A stretch of 64,000 nucleotides of DNA from Patescibacteria group bacterium (lineage in GTDB: Bacteria > Patescibacteriota > Patescibacteriia > JBDRGY01). The notes under the pieces are model-generated. The model was not told the DNA's origin. It made no database searches and worked only from the letters and a program-made list of their open reading frames with translations. The stretch covers positions 797 through 64,796 of the forward strand of contig JBDRGY010000004.1 in assembly GCA_043817315.1 (NCBI GenBank). The letters are read 5' to 3'. Shown here piece after piece: positions 8,089-18,868 of the stretch (position 1 is its first letter; every line of letters begins with the position of its first letter). Position numbers and translations under genes: made by a program.

Positions 8089-9405
8089 ATGCATCGATTT
8101 TTCGATGCTTTTTGGTTTAAAGATATGGATCTATTTGATAAAAAATTAGAAAAGGATTTGAGCCAGAATGCTCCCTTGGCTGATCGTATGCGGCCGGAGC
8201 AGCTGGAGGATTTTGTGGGACAGAAAAACATCGTAGGTGAAGGCAAGATATTACGCAAAGCGATTGCCAATGATGAAATATTCTCCATTGTCTTCTGGGG
8301 GCCACCGGGTTGTGGCAAGACTACTTTGGCCTACATAATTGCCAAGATGACTAAATCCCATTTCTCCAAGTTCTCAGCCGTGGAATCAGGGGTTAAGGAC
8401 CTGCGCAAGATTATTAAAGAGGCAGAAGACAGAAGAAAACTGCAAGGGACCCGGACTATTCTTTTTGTGGATGAAATCCATCGTTGGAACAAGGCCCAGC
8501 AGGATTCATTTTTACCTTATGTGGAAAAGGGGATCATTGTCTTAATTGGGGCCACTACGGAGAACCCCTCTTTTGAAATAATCGCTCCGCTACTATCCCG
8601 TTCCCGCGTCTTCGTTTTGGAACAGCACCAGAAAGAAGACATCCAGAAGATCATTAAGAAGGCACTGACCGATAAAGAAAAGGGATTGGGTCAGTATAAA
8701 GTTAAAATAGAGAAGAAGGGCATTGAATTGCTGATAGATGCCAGCAATGGTGATGCCCGCACCGTTCTTAACGCTTTGGAAGTAGCCGTAAAAACCACCA
8801 AGTCGGATAAGTCAGGTGAAGTTCACTTAACCTTAAAAATTATTGAAGATGCCCTGCAGCACAAAGCCCTGATGTACGATAAAAAGGGCGAGGAGCATTA
8901 CAACGTAATTTCCGCCTTTATTAAGTCATTAAGAGGCTCTGATCCTGATGCCGCTGTTTACTGGTTGGCCAGGATGATTACTGCCGGAGAAGATCCCCGG
9001 TTTATAGCCAGGCGGCTGGTTATTTTGGCTTCAGAAGATATTGGCAATGCCGATCCTATGGCATTGGTAGTAGCCAATGCCGCGGCTCAGGCAGTGGAAT
9101 ACGTTGGTTTTCCCGAGGCTCAACTCAATCTTTCTCAAGCGGTTATTTATCTGGCTAAAGCGCCGAAATCTAACGCCTCCACAACGGCCTTAGGAGAGGC
9201 CATGAAAGACGTAGAAGCTACTTTAAACCAACCAGTACCTTTGCACCTGCGAAACGCCAGCACCGGTTTAATGAAAGACTTGGGCTACGGCAAGGGTTAT
9301 AAGTATTCTCATAATTTTGGCCAAGAAGAAGGCCAGCAGGATTATTTGCCAAAGGAGCTGAAGGGCAAGAAATATTACGATCCGGAAAAGGATAAAAACA
9401 AATGA
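8089..9405 (+). CDS. rarA: replication-associated recombination protein A (AAA+ ATPase)
   Basis: FWGPPGCGKTTLA Walker A, FVDEIHRWNK Walker B, MgsA-type C-terminal domain. Start may be the internal M at 8125. Confidence 0.9.
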   Translation: MHRFFDAFWFKDMDLFDKKLEKDLSQNAPLADRMRPEQLEDFVGQKNIVGEGKILRKAIANDEIFSIVFWGPPGCGKTTLAYIIAKMTKSHFSKFSAVESGVKDLRKIIKEAEDRRKLQGTRTILFVDEIHRWNKAQQDSFLPYVEKGIIVLIGATTENPSFEIIAPLLSRSRVFVLEQHQKEDIQKIIKKALTDKEKGLGQYKVKIEKKGIELLIDASNGDARTVLNALEVAVKTTKSDKSGEVHLTLKIIEDALQHKALMYDKKGEEHYNVISAFIKSLRGSDPDAAVYWLARMITAGEDPRFIARRLVILASEDIGNADPMALVVANAAAQAVEYVGFPEAQLNLSQAVIYLAKAPKSNASTTALGEAMKDVEATLNQPVPLHLRNASTGLMKDLGYGKGYKYSHNFGQEEGQQDYLPKELKGKKYYDPEKDKNK

Positions 9406-10289
9406 CTCTCGCTATTTTTTTAGCCCTGATAGCTGGTCTATTCTGGGGAATTTCCAATGTAATAGATAAAGCGGTTTTATCCAGATATGTTAAAAATCCG
9501 CTTTTGGTGATGCCGGTAGTTGGCTCCCTGGCCCTGATTGTCGGCACTTTTTTTGTGGTCCTAAATTACCAATCGTTGGCTGTTGATGTGCTGTGGAGCC
9601 TAATATTATTTTCAGCTCTAAATTTCTGCTCCATTGTTTTTTACTTTTTGGCCCTAAAAAGGGAAGAGGTATCTCGGATGGTACCTCTTTATGGAACTAC
9701 CCCAGCCTTTATGGTGCTGATTGAGTTAATGGCCTTTGGCACCAAATTAACCATGGAGCAATATATTGGAGTCATTGCTGTAGTCATCGGGGCTATTATT
9801 TTGTCTTACCGCTCTGGACCTATCAAGTTTAATAAAAAAGGGTTGGCCTTAGTTTTAACTTCCAGTATTTTTTGGGCAACAGCAGTAGTTTTTCTGACAG
9901 ACATCTTTGATAAACACGGTTATTGGCTAGGGTGGGGTTGGCTGCAGGTAACTATCGGGGTGCTTAGTCTATTAAGCTTATTTTTCATTAAGAAAGATTT
10001 TATTAATACCATAAAGGAAAAGGGCAGTCGGGTCGTCTGGTCAATCGTCAGCAGCCAGTTGTTTAGCATGACAGCCGGGGCTTTTCTCTTTTACGCTGGG
10101 ACTCTTTGGGTTGCTTCCTTGTCTTCTGCTATTACTTCTGATCAATTTATCTTTACTTTCCTATTTTCCTTACTAATTTCCTGGAAATGGCCGCAACTAC
10201 TTAAAGAAGAAGTGAGTCCCAAGATAATCATCCAAAAAACTATCAGCATATTATTGATTGTCGCCGGAATCTTTTTAATTAGCCTATAA
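9402..10289 (+). CDS. EamA/DMT-family transporter
   Basis: About 10 TM helices in two halves. ATGA overlap with rarA. Confidence 0.6.
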   Translation: MTLAIFLALIAGLFWGISNVIDKAVLSRYVKNPLLVMPVVGSLALIVGTFFVVLNYQSLAVDVLWSLILFSALNFCSIVFYFLALKREEVSRMVPLYGTTPAFMVLIELMAFGTKLTMEQYIGVIAVVIGAIILSYRSGPIKFNKKGLALVLTSSIFWATAVVFLTDIFDKHGYWLGWGWLQVTIGVLSLLSLFFIKKDFINTIKEKGSRVVWSIVSSQLFSMTAGAFLFYAGTLWVASLSSAITSDQFIFTFLFSLLISWKWPQLLKEEVSPKIIIQKTISILLIVAGIFLISL

Positions 10290-10296
10290 ATATATT

Positions 10297-10485
10297 ATGG
10301 AATGCCAATTAGAAAAAAATAAGGCCGATTGTCCCTGCACTCATGATTGCCCCAGAAGGGGCAAGTGCTGCGAGTGTATTGCCCATCATCGAGTCAGCGA
10401 TGAGTTACCCGCCTGTTACTTTCCAGCTGACGTGGAAAAAACCTACGATCGATCAGTAGATAAATTTATAGCCACCAGAAGTTAG
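10297..10485 (+). CDS. small Cys-rich protein (CPCTHDCPRRGKCCECIAHH)
   Basis: 62 aa with a C-x-C-x3-C-x5-C-C-x-C-x3-H cluster. Confidence 0.5.
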   Translation: MECQLEKNKADCPCTHDCPRRGKCCECIAHHRVSDELPACYFPADVEKTYDRSVDKFIATRS

Positions 10486-10497
10486 CCAGTTTTAAAG

Positions 10498-10527
10498 AAA
10501 GACAAGTATAATCACTTGTCTTTTTGT
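10498..10527 (+). terminator. rho-independent terminator
   Basis: AAGACAAGT-ataatc-ACTTGTCTT followed by TTTTTG. Then a TTGACA-15-TATAGAAT promoter-like sequence. Confidence 0.6.
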
Positions 10528-10657
10528 TGTCCCTATTTATCAGGTCTTGACAGGGTAGAGTGGGAAGTATAGAATCAATGATTATATCCATAAACAATTT
10601 GTATTAATCTCCGTACTGGTTGATTCAACTAATCAATTAAGCAAGGGGATTTTTAAA

Positions 10658-11182
10658 ATGGACAAATTTAAGAAGGTTTTCCAGGGAGAATTGTTTACTA
10701 TCAAGCAGGGGTATTTGAAGTCCCAGAACAAGACAGATCTTTTTTACGAAACTTGCCAGAGACCACCAGCGGTTGGGGTTTTGGCTATTGATAATCAGAA
10801 GAGGATAATTTTAACCAGAGAATTCAGACACCACCTTGGCAGGACGATCTGGCGTATTCCGTTGGGGGGCTTGGAAGATAATAGACGACCTGATGGGGCC
10901 GCCAGGCAGGAACTACTGGAAGAAGCCGGCTTTAAAGCTGGGCAGTTTGATTTGTTTTATAAATCGACTGCTGGTAGCTCTGTTCAGTTTATTTTCTATT
11001 TTTATCTGGCCCGGGACTTAAAACATGTTGGCAAAGACTTAGAACCTGATGAGCACAATAGGGTACACAAAGTTAATCTGAAAAGAGCTCACAATCTGGC
11101 ATTGAAAAACGGTTTCCATAACGAAAATATCTCTTATGCTATAATTAGATTGTGGCATGAGAGAAAGAAATGGTTAAAGTAA
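10658..11182 (+). CDS. NUDIX hydrolase
   Basis: GGLEDNRRPDGAARQELLEEAGF approximates the Nudix box. Confidence 0.65.
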   Translation: MDKFKKVFQGELFTIKQGYLKSQNKTDLFYETCQRPPAVGVLAIDNQKRIILTREFRHHLGRTIWRIPLGGLEDNRRPDGAARQELLEEAGFKAGQFDLFYKSTAGSSVQFIFYFYLARDLKHVGKDLEPDEHNRVHKVNLKRAHNLALKNGFHNENISYAIIRLWHERKKWLK

Positions 11183-11721
11183 AGAAACCCAAATTACTAT
11201 TACATTCCTGTTGTGCTGGTTGCACCGCTTATGTTATTCAATTGTTGAGTAAAGAGTATCAGGTAACCAGCTATTTTTTTAATCCCAATATCCACCCGGA
11301 CCAAGAATACAAGCAGAGATGTCAAGAGTTAAAGAACTACTGCAAAAAGACTAAGGCACCGTTTATCGAAGGGGAATACCAAGCAGAAAAATGGCAGCAA
11401 CTTACTAAGGGCTTTGAATTTGAGCCGGAAAAAGGTAAAAGGTGTCTGATTTGCTACGCCATGCGTTTGGAAAAAACTGCCGAACATGCCAAGCAAAACG
11501 GGTTTGATTTCTTTGCCACCACCTTATCTGTTTCTCCCCATAAACTGGCTGACAGGATTAACCAGTTTGGCAATAAGCTGGCAGAGCTATACGGGGTTAA
11601 GTTTTATGAGGCGGATTTCAAGAAGCAGGAAGGCTATAAGAAAGCTTGTGCCATAAGCAAGGAGGAAAACTTTTATCGGCAGGATTATTGTGGCTGCAGC
11701 TTCAGTAAAAGAGGTACTTGA
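11170..11721 (+). CDS. queH: epoxyqueuosine reductase QueH (DUF208)
   Basis: LLLHSCCAGCTAY ... YFFNPNIHPDQEY ... TTLSVSPHK ... YCGCSF. Characteristic QueH Cys pattern. Confidence 0.8.
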   Translation: MVKVKKPKLLLHSCCAGCTAYVIQLLSKEYQVTSYFFNPNIHPDQEYKQRCQELKNYCKKTKAPFIEGEYQAEKWQQLTKGFEFEPEKGKRCLICYAMRLEKTAEHAKQNGFDFFATTLSVSPHKLADRINQFGNKLAELYGVKFYEADFKKQEGYKKACAISKEENFYRQDYCGCSFSKRGT

Positions 11722-11771
11722 TTTTTTGTGCCCATTTCCTATAATAAATAAAGAAGAAGTAACTATAGTTT

Positions 11772-12104
11772 ATGAATGCTGAAAAATGGGGAGAAATTAT
11801 CGATCTAGTTCAAGAGAAATTTGGTATTCTCGATAAAGGCAAAGAAGCCCTGGATCCGGGCCCCGGAGAAGGGGAGTTTTTGATTTTTGAAGCCCCGATT
11901 GGCAAAATGAAAGTAGTAAGAGAGATTAAACCGGTAGTTTTGGATAGAAAAGTTCATTCCTCCAGACGGGTTGGATCAACTACCACCGAAGAATTTGTCT
12001 ATTCCGATACCGAGAAATATGAAAAACTAAAAGCCTATAACTGGAGTGATGAAGATCAAGTCTGGGTAGAGATGGAAATGAAGCCAGAAGCCTTCTCACT
12101 GTAA
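11772..12104 (+). CDS. hypothetical protein
   Basis: ORF only. Confidence 0.4.
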   Translation: MNAEKWGEIIDLVQEKFGILDKGKEALDPGPGEGEFLIFEAPIGKMKVVREIKPVVLDRKVHSSRRVGSTTTEEFVYSDTEKYEKLKAYNWSDEDQVWVEMEMKPEAFSL

Positions 12105-12129
12105 GTAGTTATTAGTAATTAGTAAAAAT

Positions 12130-12483
12130 ATGTGGTTTAGAAAAAAAGAAGAGGAAATTTCAACCAAAAAGATGACAGAGATTGCTATTGGAGCCGGCAC
12201 CCTGGAATTTATCTACATCATGCTGATTGCCAGTTTTATTCTGGGGATGGAAGGTGTTTTTTATTACAAAAATTTTCCTGAGGTAGTTTTCTTCGGGATG
12301 TGGTTGATACTTTTGGTAATCTCAGCGGCCATTTCCGGGGTTCTGGTAATGGGCTATCCTGCTTATCTAATCTATATTAAAAAGATCAGGGAAGGAGTCT
12401 ACACCTTTATAGTAACCCTGATCACTCTGTTAGTATATTTTATCCTGGCCATGACATTGGGCTGGTTGATGTACGCTAGCTAG
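12130..12483 (+). CDS. small membrane protein (3 TM)
   Basis: Hydrophobic helices. Confidence 0.45.
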   Translation: MWFRKKEEEISTKKMTEIAIGAGTLEFIYIMLIASFILGMEGVFYYKNFPEVVFFGMWLILLVISAAISGVLVMGYPAYLIYIKKIREGVYTFIVTLITLLVYFILAMTLGWLMYAS

Positions 12484-14117
12484 AATTTATACAAATAAAT
12501 GGAATAACCAACCCGAGCTACGGGTTGATATTTTTTTAGCCAGGAAAAATCATCAGCGGCTCCATAAAGATATCCGACCGAAATAGCAATTAGTCCGGAG
12601 AAGTCTTCAGATTCAGCTACTTCTGGGCCAGGAATGGGTTGGTGTTCGAAATAGTATTCTGGCAAGGCCGTTCCGGCGTAGTCCAGGTAGACCTTTTCGA
12701 AATTATTTTCCATCATATAGTTTTTTAAACCAATAAGATCTTGTCCCCAATCCAGATTGGAATCCAGAAGGTACTTGGGACCGTTTTTTGGCCCTCCCAC
12801 CGCTTCATTAAAGTAGGCCAGATAATGAGGAAAGATGTTGACTGAACTGAACAGATAAAAAGCGAATAAAATCATTAAAACAATTGGCCAGAGTCTCTTT
12901 TTTAATAATGGCCAATTGATCATGGAACCGATCAGGATAAAGATGAATGGGTAGATCAATAAGACGTGTCTTAGACCCAGATTTAAGTTGGAAGTCATTG
13001 AGTACAGAAAGTAAAATAGGGGAGGGATGATTAAGATAAAGTAGCGCAAGGGTATCTTTTTGAAATCTGCCTTTCTTTTTTTGATAAGCCATTTAAGAGC
13101 CACCAGTTTGGCAGTAATTAGTAACAAAATGGTCGTCAAAGGTGTTTTTAGCAGAAAGGCTACAGGGAAATAATACCACCAGCCAAAATTGCTGTGTTGG
13201 CCTAATAGATAAGTGCCGTGACCGAAAGAAGAATGAAAGACTACCCTAAAGAAACCGATGAAGTAGTGAGCAGCGGGGAGGTTGCTATTAAACAGAGGAA
13301 TTGATTGGGCAATTGGTCCCACTCTTTGCTGAACAACGGGATCGTCGGCAATTTTACCCATTTCCAGACCATAACCGGCCCAGACAACCAATATGCCTAC
13401 AATGGTGACAACAAAGATAGTGAGCAGAACTTTTTGAAGAGGAAAAGCTTTCTTGTCTTGGCCCCATTTGATAAAAAGCAAGACAATTACCAGCGGCAAG
13501 ATAAGGGGAGCGGAGAATTTGGTTAATAAGCAAAGGCCAAAGGCTAGGGCCAGGAATATCAGATTTTTGAATTGTGGTTTCTTTAGATAATTATAGAGAC
13601 AGTAAAAGGTCAGAAGGAAAAAGAAAGCCAAGGCAATATCGGAGTTAGCTAATCTGGCGTGGGCTAAAATATTGGGACTAAAAACATAGAAAATTAAAGC
13701 TAGGAGTCCAGCCTTCCAGTTAAAAAGTTTTCTGGTAAAGACAAATATTAGCCAGCCTAACAACAGACTTAATATCATAAAAGGAAACCGGGCCCAGAAG
13801 AGTAGAGTATCCGCTGGCACTGTGTTATTATATAAAAAGACAGGGGCATAATGCCACTGATCAGCGTCTTGCCACATAGCTGATTCTGTATCCAGTTGTG
13901 GATTTAGAAATAACAAAGGAAGGCCAGCCAGGTATTTAGTCAGAGGTGGATGTTCCGAATCCCAGCGGTAATCCCGTTCTTTCAGATAAGAATAGCCGGC
14001 CAGAATATGAACTGCCTCATCATAAGTCTGACTTTTCTGTTGAGCCGAGGTAATCTCCAGGCCCAACATCAAAATCAACAGAAAAATCGCTGTTAAATTT
14101 ACTAGTTTCTTATTCAT
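12480..14117 (-). CDS. GT-C glycosyltransferase, family 39/83 (PMT/ArnT-like)
   Basis: N-terminal DEAVHILAGYSYL...EHPPLTKYLAG (the DE motif of PMT/ArnT-type GT-C enzymes), then about 11 TM helices. Confidence 0.75.
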   Translation of the reverse strand: MNKKLVNLTAIFLLILMLGLEITSAQQKSQTYDEAVHILAGYSYLKERDYRWDSEHPPLTKYLAGLPLLFLNPQLDTESAMWQDADQWHYAPVFLYNNTVPADTLLFWARFPFMILSLLLGWLIFVFTRKLFNWKAGLLALIFYVFSPNILAHARLANSDIALAFFFLLTFYCLYNYLKKPQFKNLIFLALAFGLCLLTKFSAPLILPLVIVLLFIKWGQDKKAFPLQKVLLTIFVVTIVGILVVWAGYGLEMGKIADDPVVQQRVGPIAQSIPLFNSNLPAAHYFIGFFRVVFHSSFGHGTYLLGQHSNFGWWYYFPVAFLLKTPLTTILLLITAKLVALKWLIKKRKADFKKIPLRYFILIIPPLFYFLYSMTSNLNLGLRHVLLIYPFIFILIGSMINWPLLKKRLWPIVLMILFAFYLFSSVNIFPHYLAYFNEAVGGPKNGPKYLLDSNLDWGQDLIGLKNYMMENNFEKVYLDYAGTALPEYYFEHQPIPGPEVAESEDFSGLIAISVGYLYGAADDFSWLKKYQPVARVGYSIYLYKF

Positions 14118-14144
14118 TTTTAATAATTAAATTATAACCGCTTT

Positions 14145-14519
14145 ATGCCAAAAAAGATATTGTATTATATTATAGTGTTTTTAGCCGCAGTTATTATTGT
14201 ATTAGTAATTATGTTAGTGCGTTTGGCCGGTGAAGAGGCAGAAACCAATACCAATACCTCAGTAGAGGCTGACCAACGGAACGTCAATAGTCAGCCTAAT
14301 GGTACGGCGGAGTGTCAATCGGATACCGATTGTGTAATTGGAGGCTGTAATAGAACTATTTGTTATGCGCCCTCAGAGGGTTCGGGAATTTCAATTTGTG
14401 ACTGGCGAGATGAGTATCGTTGTTATTCATTGGCCAGCTGTGGTTGTATCAACGGAAAATGTGCCTGGGAAAAAGGAGATGATTTTGATGATTGCTGGAG
14501 AGATCCAGCTGATTATTAA
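14145..14519 (+). CDS. small secreted Cys-rich protein (paralog of 17998..18366)
   Basis: N-terminal TM anchor and a 12-Cys domain containing a CYAPS motif. Confidence 0.5.
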   Translation: MPKKILYYIIVFLAAVIIVLVIMLVRLAGEEAETNTNTSVEADQRNVNSQPNGTAECQSDTDCVIGGCNRTICYAPSEGSGISICDWRDEYRCYSLASCGCINGKCAWEKGDDFDDCWRDPADY

Positions 14520-14544
14520 ATCAAATACCGATAGTGGAATAAAA

Positions 14545-15666
14545 ATGTCTCAGTTTAAAAAATACCAAGCCAAGAAAATCCTCAATAGCTACAAGCACGT
14601 TGATGGCGGCTGGTTTCATATTAAATATTCTGCTTATCCTTATCTTGGCTGCAGCCACGGTTGTCTTTACTGCTGCGAGTGGGGTACTAAGTACACTCCG
14701 TATAAAGGCAATCCCGCCGATTTTACTAAAGTAATTACCGTTAAAGCCAACGCCCCAGAATTATTAAAAAAGGAATTGGCTAAAGTGGACCAGGATTTGA
14801 TTGCAGTAGGAGACTGGCAGCCGGCTGAAGCTAAATTTGGCATATCAAGAAAAATGCTGGAGGTTTGTTTGGAGATGGACTTCCCGGTTTTTTGTCTAGA
14901 GAAATCACCTCTAATTACTAAAGACCTTGATTTACTAAAAAAGATAAATAAGAAAACAGAAGCCTTGGTTGGTTGGTCAATAATTGGGACGGAGGAGGAT
15001 GAACGCAAAAAGGTATTCGAGCCCAATGTCCCTTCTTTTGAATCACGTTTTAAGGCAATGAAAGAAATCGCAGACGCCGGGATCACCACCGGCACGGTTT
15101 TTATGCCAATCCTGCCTTACATTTACGATGACGATGCCAGTCTGGAGGCAGTTGTTATGAGAACCAAAGAAGCAGGCGGCAAATTCGTTTTAGCGGCAGC
15201 TCTGACCTTAGAACAGAACACTGAATTAAAAAGGAGGTATTTAGAATTAATTGCTAAGCATTACCCAAAACTGTTAAATGACTATGAAATCCTGTTTCGG
15301 GGTTACGGACCGCCAAGCAGCTACTGGAGCCCCATACAGCTCAAGATAGATGCCCTATGCCAAAAATACGGCTTATTGAACTATATACCTCGACCGGTTA
15401 AATTCTGGCCCCAAGATATTAGAATTAACAAAGAAATTGCCAACAAATTCCACTTGAAAGCCAAGGAATTACAATTCTATAAAAAAGACGAGCGCCGCGG
15501 TTGGGCTTATAGGCGGGCTGCCTGGGCTTTGGATGAATTGGATAAAGGCGTTGCTGAGATTTATAAAAAAAGTTGGCTGGCCGGCCTGCAAAAAATTGAT
15601 AGTATTGGCAACCGTTTGGCCCATTTAATTGAGAATGAATTGAAAGCCCGGGGCATAGAAAGATAG
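14545..15666 (+). CDS. radical SAM protein, SplB/DNA-repair photolyase-like (COG1533)
   Basis: YPYLGCSHGCLYCC = CxxxCxxC radical SAM cluster motif. Start moved to the internal ATG at 14545 (MSQFKKY), because the listed 14338 start overlaps the upstream gene. Confidence 0.7.
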   Translation: MSQFKKYQAKKILNSYKHVDGGWFHIKYSAYPYLGCSHGCLYCCEWGTKYTPYKGNPADFTKVITVKANAPELLKKELAKVDQDLIAVGDWQPAEAKFGISRKMLEVCLEMDFPVFCLEKSPLITKDLDLLKKINKKTEALVGWSIIGTEEDERKKVFEPNVPSFESRFKAMKEIADAGITTGTVFMPILPYIYDDDASLEAVVMRTKEAGGKFVLAAALTLEQNTELKRRYLELIAKHYPKLLNDYEILFRGYGPPSSYWSPIQLKIDALCQKYGLLNYIPRPVKFWPQDIRINKEIANKFHLKAKELQFYKKDERRGWAYRRAAWALDELDKGVAEIYKKSWLAGLQKIDSIGNRLAHLIENELKARGIER

Positions 15667-15750
15667 CTTAAGGCCACGATTATTTTCTTATTTGAAAATA
15701 CGGCTAATTGTGATAGAATATAGACATTATAATAGAAAGGATAAAATACA

Positions 15751-16800
15751 ATGACAGGAAAAATGAAGGCACTTTTTAAGAATCGCAGGGGCAAAGGAGC
15801 CACTCTTAAAGAAGTTGACATCCCGAAAATTAAGGTCGATGAAGTCTTGATTAAAGTAAAGGCAGCCGCAATCTGTGGTACTGATAAGCATATCTATGAA
15901 TGGGACCAATGGTCCCAGAGCCGAATAAAGCCGCCGATGATTTTTGGTCATGAATGTGCCGGTGAAGTTATTGAGGTAGGGGACAAAGTCAAGAAGATAA
16001 AGAAAGGTGATTGTGTTTCAGCCGAAACCCATATTCCTGATCAAACCTGTAAGTTGTGTCAGATGGGCTTGATGCATATCTGCAAAAACATGAAAATATT
16101 GGGAGTCGATGTAGACGGTGCTTTCGCTGAATACGTAGTTATTCCCGAGATCTGCGCCTGGAAAAATGATCCCAAATTACCGATGGCTATTGCAGCCATC
16201 CAAGAACCGTTTGGTAATGCTACCTATACTGTGATGTCCTCGGTCGTTAAAGATAAAATAACCGTAATCATGGGCGATGGACCGATTGCCTGTTTTGCCG
16301 TAGGCATTGCCAAGGCAGTTGGGGCAAATCCGCTGATTGCTGTAGGTAAATACCCCTATCGCAAAAAACTGTTAAAGAAAATGGGAGCCGATATTATTCT
16401 AGATTCCAAAAAGGACGATGTCCTTAAGCAAGTATTGAAACTAAGCCAAGGCTACGGAGCTGATGTAGTTTTGGAAATGGCAGGCAGCAAAGAAGCGGTA
16501 GAAACCGGATTTGCCGTTTTGCGCAAGGCCGGTCAGTTTACCGCTTTTGGCATACCCAAAGAGCCATTCCTTTTCGATTACGCTAATAATCTGGTGTTCA
16601 AGGATTTGACCCTAAAAGGTATTTCCGGTCGTCTGATGTTTAAAACATGGGAGCAGTTATCTGATTTATTGAATAAAAAATTGGTTGATCCCAAACCAGT
16701 GATTACCCACCAAATACCTTTTGATAACTGGCAGCAAGGTTTTAACATTGTTACCGCCCGAAATAGGGAAGTAGGTAAGGTAGTATTTACCTTTGACTAA
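15751..16800 (+). CDS. tdh: L-threonine 3-dehydrogenase
   Basis: MKALFK...[36 protein letters not shown] matches Zn-dependent Tdh. Confidence 0.85.
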   Translation: MTGKMKALFKNRRGKGATLKEVDIPKIKVDEVLIKVKAAAICGTDKHIYEWDQWSQSRIKPPMIFGHECAGEVIEVGDKVKKIKKGDCVSAETHIPDQTCKLCQMGLMHICKNMKILGVDVDGAFAEYVVIPEICAWKNDPKLPMAIAAIQEPFGNATYTVMSSVVKDKITVIMGDGPIACFAVGIAKAVGANPLIAVGKYPYRKKLLKKMGADIILDSKKDDVLKQVLKLSQGYGADVVLEMAGSKEAVETGFAVLRKAGQFTAFGIPKEPFLFDYANNLVFKDLTLKGISGRLMFKTWEQLSDLLNKKLVDPKPVITHQIPFDNWQQGFNIVTARNREVGKVVFTFD

Positions 16801-17995
16801 TATGTTAGGAAAATATAAAGACAAATTGGAATCGACACTAGCCGAGATCAAAGAAGCCGGCTTATTTAAGGAAGAAAGAATCATAGAGACTCCCCAGAGT
16901 GCCCAGATCGTAGCCAACGGCCAGGAAGTCCTCAATTTCTGTGCCAATAACTATTTGGGATTGTGTAATCATCCGGCCATGAAAAAAGCAGCCCAAGAAG
17001 GGGTTTCTAAATGGGGCTATGGCATGTCTTCGGTCAGGTTTATCTGCGGTACTTTGCAGGTCCACAAAGATTTGGAAAAAAAGTTGGCTGAGTTTTTATT
17101 GATGGATGATACTGTTTTATACTCTTCCTGTTTCGATGCCAATGGCGGGTTGTTTGAAACACTGTTAGGGGAAGATGATGCAGTTATTTCCGATAAGCTA
17201 AACCATGCTTCAATTATTGACGGGATCAGGTTGTCCAAGGCAGAACGCTTTGTTTTTGAGCACCTGGACATGGACGATTTAGAAACGAAGCTAAAAGAAG
17301 CAAATGATAAGAAACTGGGCACTAAACTTATTTGTACTGACGGCGTTTTTTCCATGGATGGAGATGTGGCCAATCTCCGGGGGATTTGTGACTTAGCAGA
17401 TAAATATGATGCCTTGGTGATGGTTGATGATTCTCACGCTACCGGATTTATTGGGAAAAGCGGCCGAGGTACGCCCCAACATTGTGGAGTAGAGGGCAGA
17501 ATAGACATCATTACTTCCACCCTAGGAAAAGCCCTGGGAGGGGCCTCTGGCGGTTTTACCGCCTGTCGCCAGGAAATAGCCGACGTCTTAAGACAACGCT
17601 CCAGGCCTTATCTATTTTCCAATACCTTGGCACCAGTCATTGCCTTCGGTTCTATCAAAGCGATTGAGCTGGTTTCAGAGTCTCCAGAATTACTCAATAA
17701 ACTCAAGGAGAATACCAAATATTTCAGGACCAAGATGGCAGAGGCCGGTTTTGCTATCAGAGAGGGAATTCATCCTATTGTGCCTATTATGCTGGGTGAA
17801 GCCAAATTGGCGGTTGGTATATCATCTGACTTGTTAGAGGAAGGCATATATGTCATCGGCTTTAGCTACCCAGTAGTACCTAAAGGTAAGGCCAGGATCA
17901 GAGTTCAGATCTCTGCGGCTCACCAACAAGAGGATTTGGATAAAGCCATCGAAGCATTTATTAAAATTGGCAAGAAATATCAAGTAATAAAATAG
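16793..17995 (+). CDS. kbl: 2-amino-3-ketobutyrate CoA ligase (glycine C-acetyltransferase)
   Basis: PLP-dependent AOS-family motifs. tdh-kbl operon arrangement. Confidence 0.85.
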   Translation: MTNMLGKYKDKLESTLAEIKEAGLFKEERIIETPQSAQIVANGQEVLNFCANNYLGLCNHPAMKKAAQEGVSKWGYGMSSVRFICGTLQVHKDLEKKLAEFLLMDDTVLYSSCFDANGGLFETLLGEDDAVISDKLNHASIIDGIRLSKAERFVFEHLDMDDLETKLKEANDKKLGTKLICTDGVFSMDGDVANLRGICDLADKYDALVMVDDSHATGFIGKSGRGTPQHCGVEGRIDIITSTLGKALGGASGGFTACRQEIADVLRQRSRPYLFSNTLAPVIAFGSIKAIELVSESPELLNKLKENTKYFRTKMAEAGFAIREGIHPIVPIMLGEAKLAVGISSDLLEEGIYVIGFSYPVVPKGKARIRVQISAAHQQEDLDKAIEAFIKIGKKYQVIK

Positions 17996-17997
17996 TC

Positions 17998-18366
17998 ATG
18001 AATAAAAACAAATTGACTGCAGCAACCGTGATAATTATCGGACTGGCTCTAATCGTTTGGTATTTAGCAAGTCAGTACAGCCCTCTTTTTGATGATGAGG
18101 ATGCCGATCAAACTGCTGAGAATGTGAAAATTACCTCTGTTGATGAGATTTGTGATGGAGATGAGGATTGTCCCAAACAATACAGTTGTTATGCTCCAGC
18201 TAGCTGTGATTTTATCGAAGGCAGAACGGTTTGTGACAGACCAGAAGGAGATCCTATCTGTTATTTTAACTGTGTTACTGATGCTGATTGTGGTCAAGAA
18301 GAAACCTGCCAGGAGGTAGATCAGCTAATCAATAATCGTCTGATTGACAAGAAGCTCTGCCTCTAA
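17998..18366 (+). CDS. small secreted Cys-rich protein (paralog of 14145..14519)
   Basis: TM anchor and a Cys-rich domain with CYAPASC. Confidence 0.5.
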   Translation: MNKNKLTAATVIIIGLALIVWYLASQYSPLFDDEDADQTAENVKITSVDEICDGDEDCPKQYSCYAPASCDFIEGRTVCDRPEGDPICYFNCVTDADCGQEETCQEVDQLINNRLIDKKLCL

Positions 18367-18375
18367 GAAAAAATT

Positions 18376-18864
18376 ATGATAAGCAGCGTTTTAATTTGGA
18401 TAGCAGTCATTGTCTTATTCCTGGTGGGATTTCTGGGGATTATTTTGCCATTCTTGCCAGGAATTCCTTTAATATTCCTGGCTACTTTAGTGTATGGAAT
18501 TGGGACCGATTTCAGGGAAATTACCGGAAATACTGTCCTGTGGTTTTTGGGCCTAACTATCTTTGCCTTGATAGTTGATTATTTAAGCGGAATAATTGGA
18601 GCCAAGAAATTTGGGGCCTCCAGGATGGGCATAATTGGTGCCTTTTTGGGTATGATAATAGGCGTTCTTTCGCTGGGCCTGGTCGGTCTTGTCCTGGGGC
18701 CGTTTCTGGGAGCCGTCTTTTTCGAAATACTGGCTGGACGCAAAGAAAAAGATGCGATTAAAATCGGCTTTGGCGCTTTCGTTGGTTTTTTGGCTGGCAC
18801 GCTGTTTAAATTCGTTCTGGGGTTGATCATGATCGGGATTTTCTTTTCCAAAATTATTTTTTAA
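18376..18864 (+). CDS. DUF456-family membrane protein
   Basis: FLGIILPFLPGIPLIFLATLVYG is characteristic of DUF456. Confidence 0.6.
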   Translation: MISSVLIWIAVIVLFLVGFLGIILPFLPGIPLIFLATLVYGIGTDFREITGNTVLWFLGLTIFALIVDYLSGIIGAKKFGASRMGIIGAFLGMIIGVLSLGLVGLVLGPFLGAVFFEILAGRKEKDAIKIGFGAFVGFLAGTLFKFVLGLIMIGIFFSKIIF

Positions 18865-18868
18865 TAAT

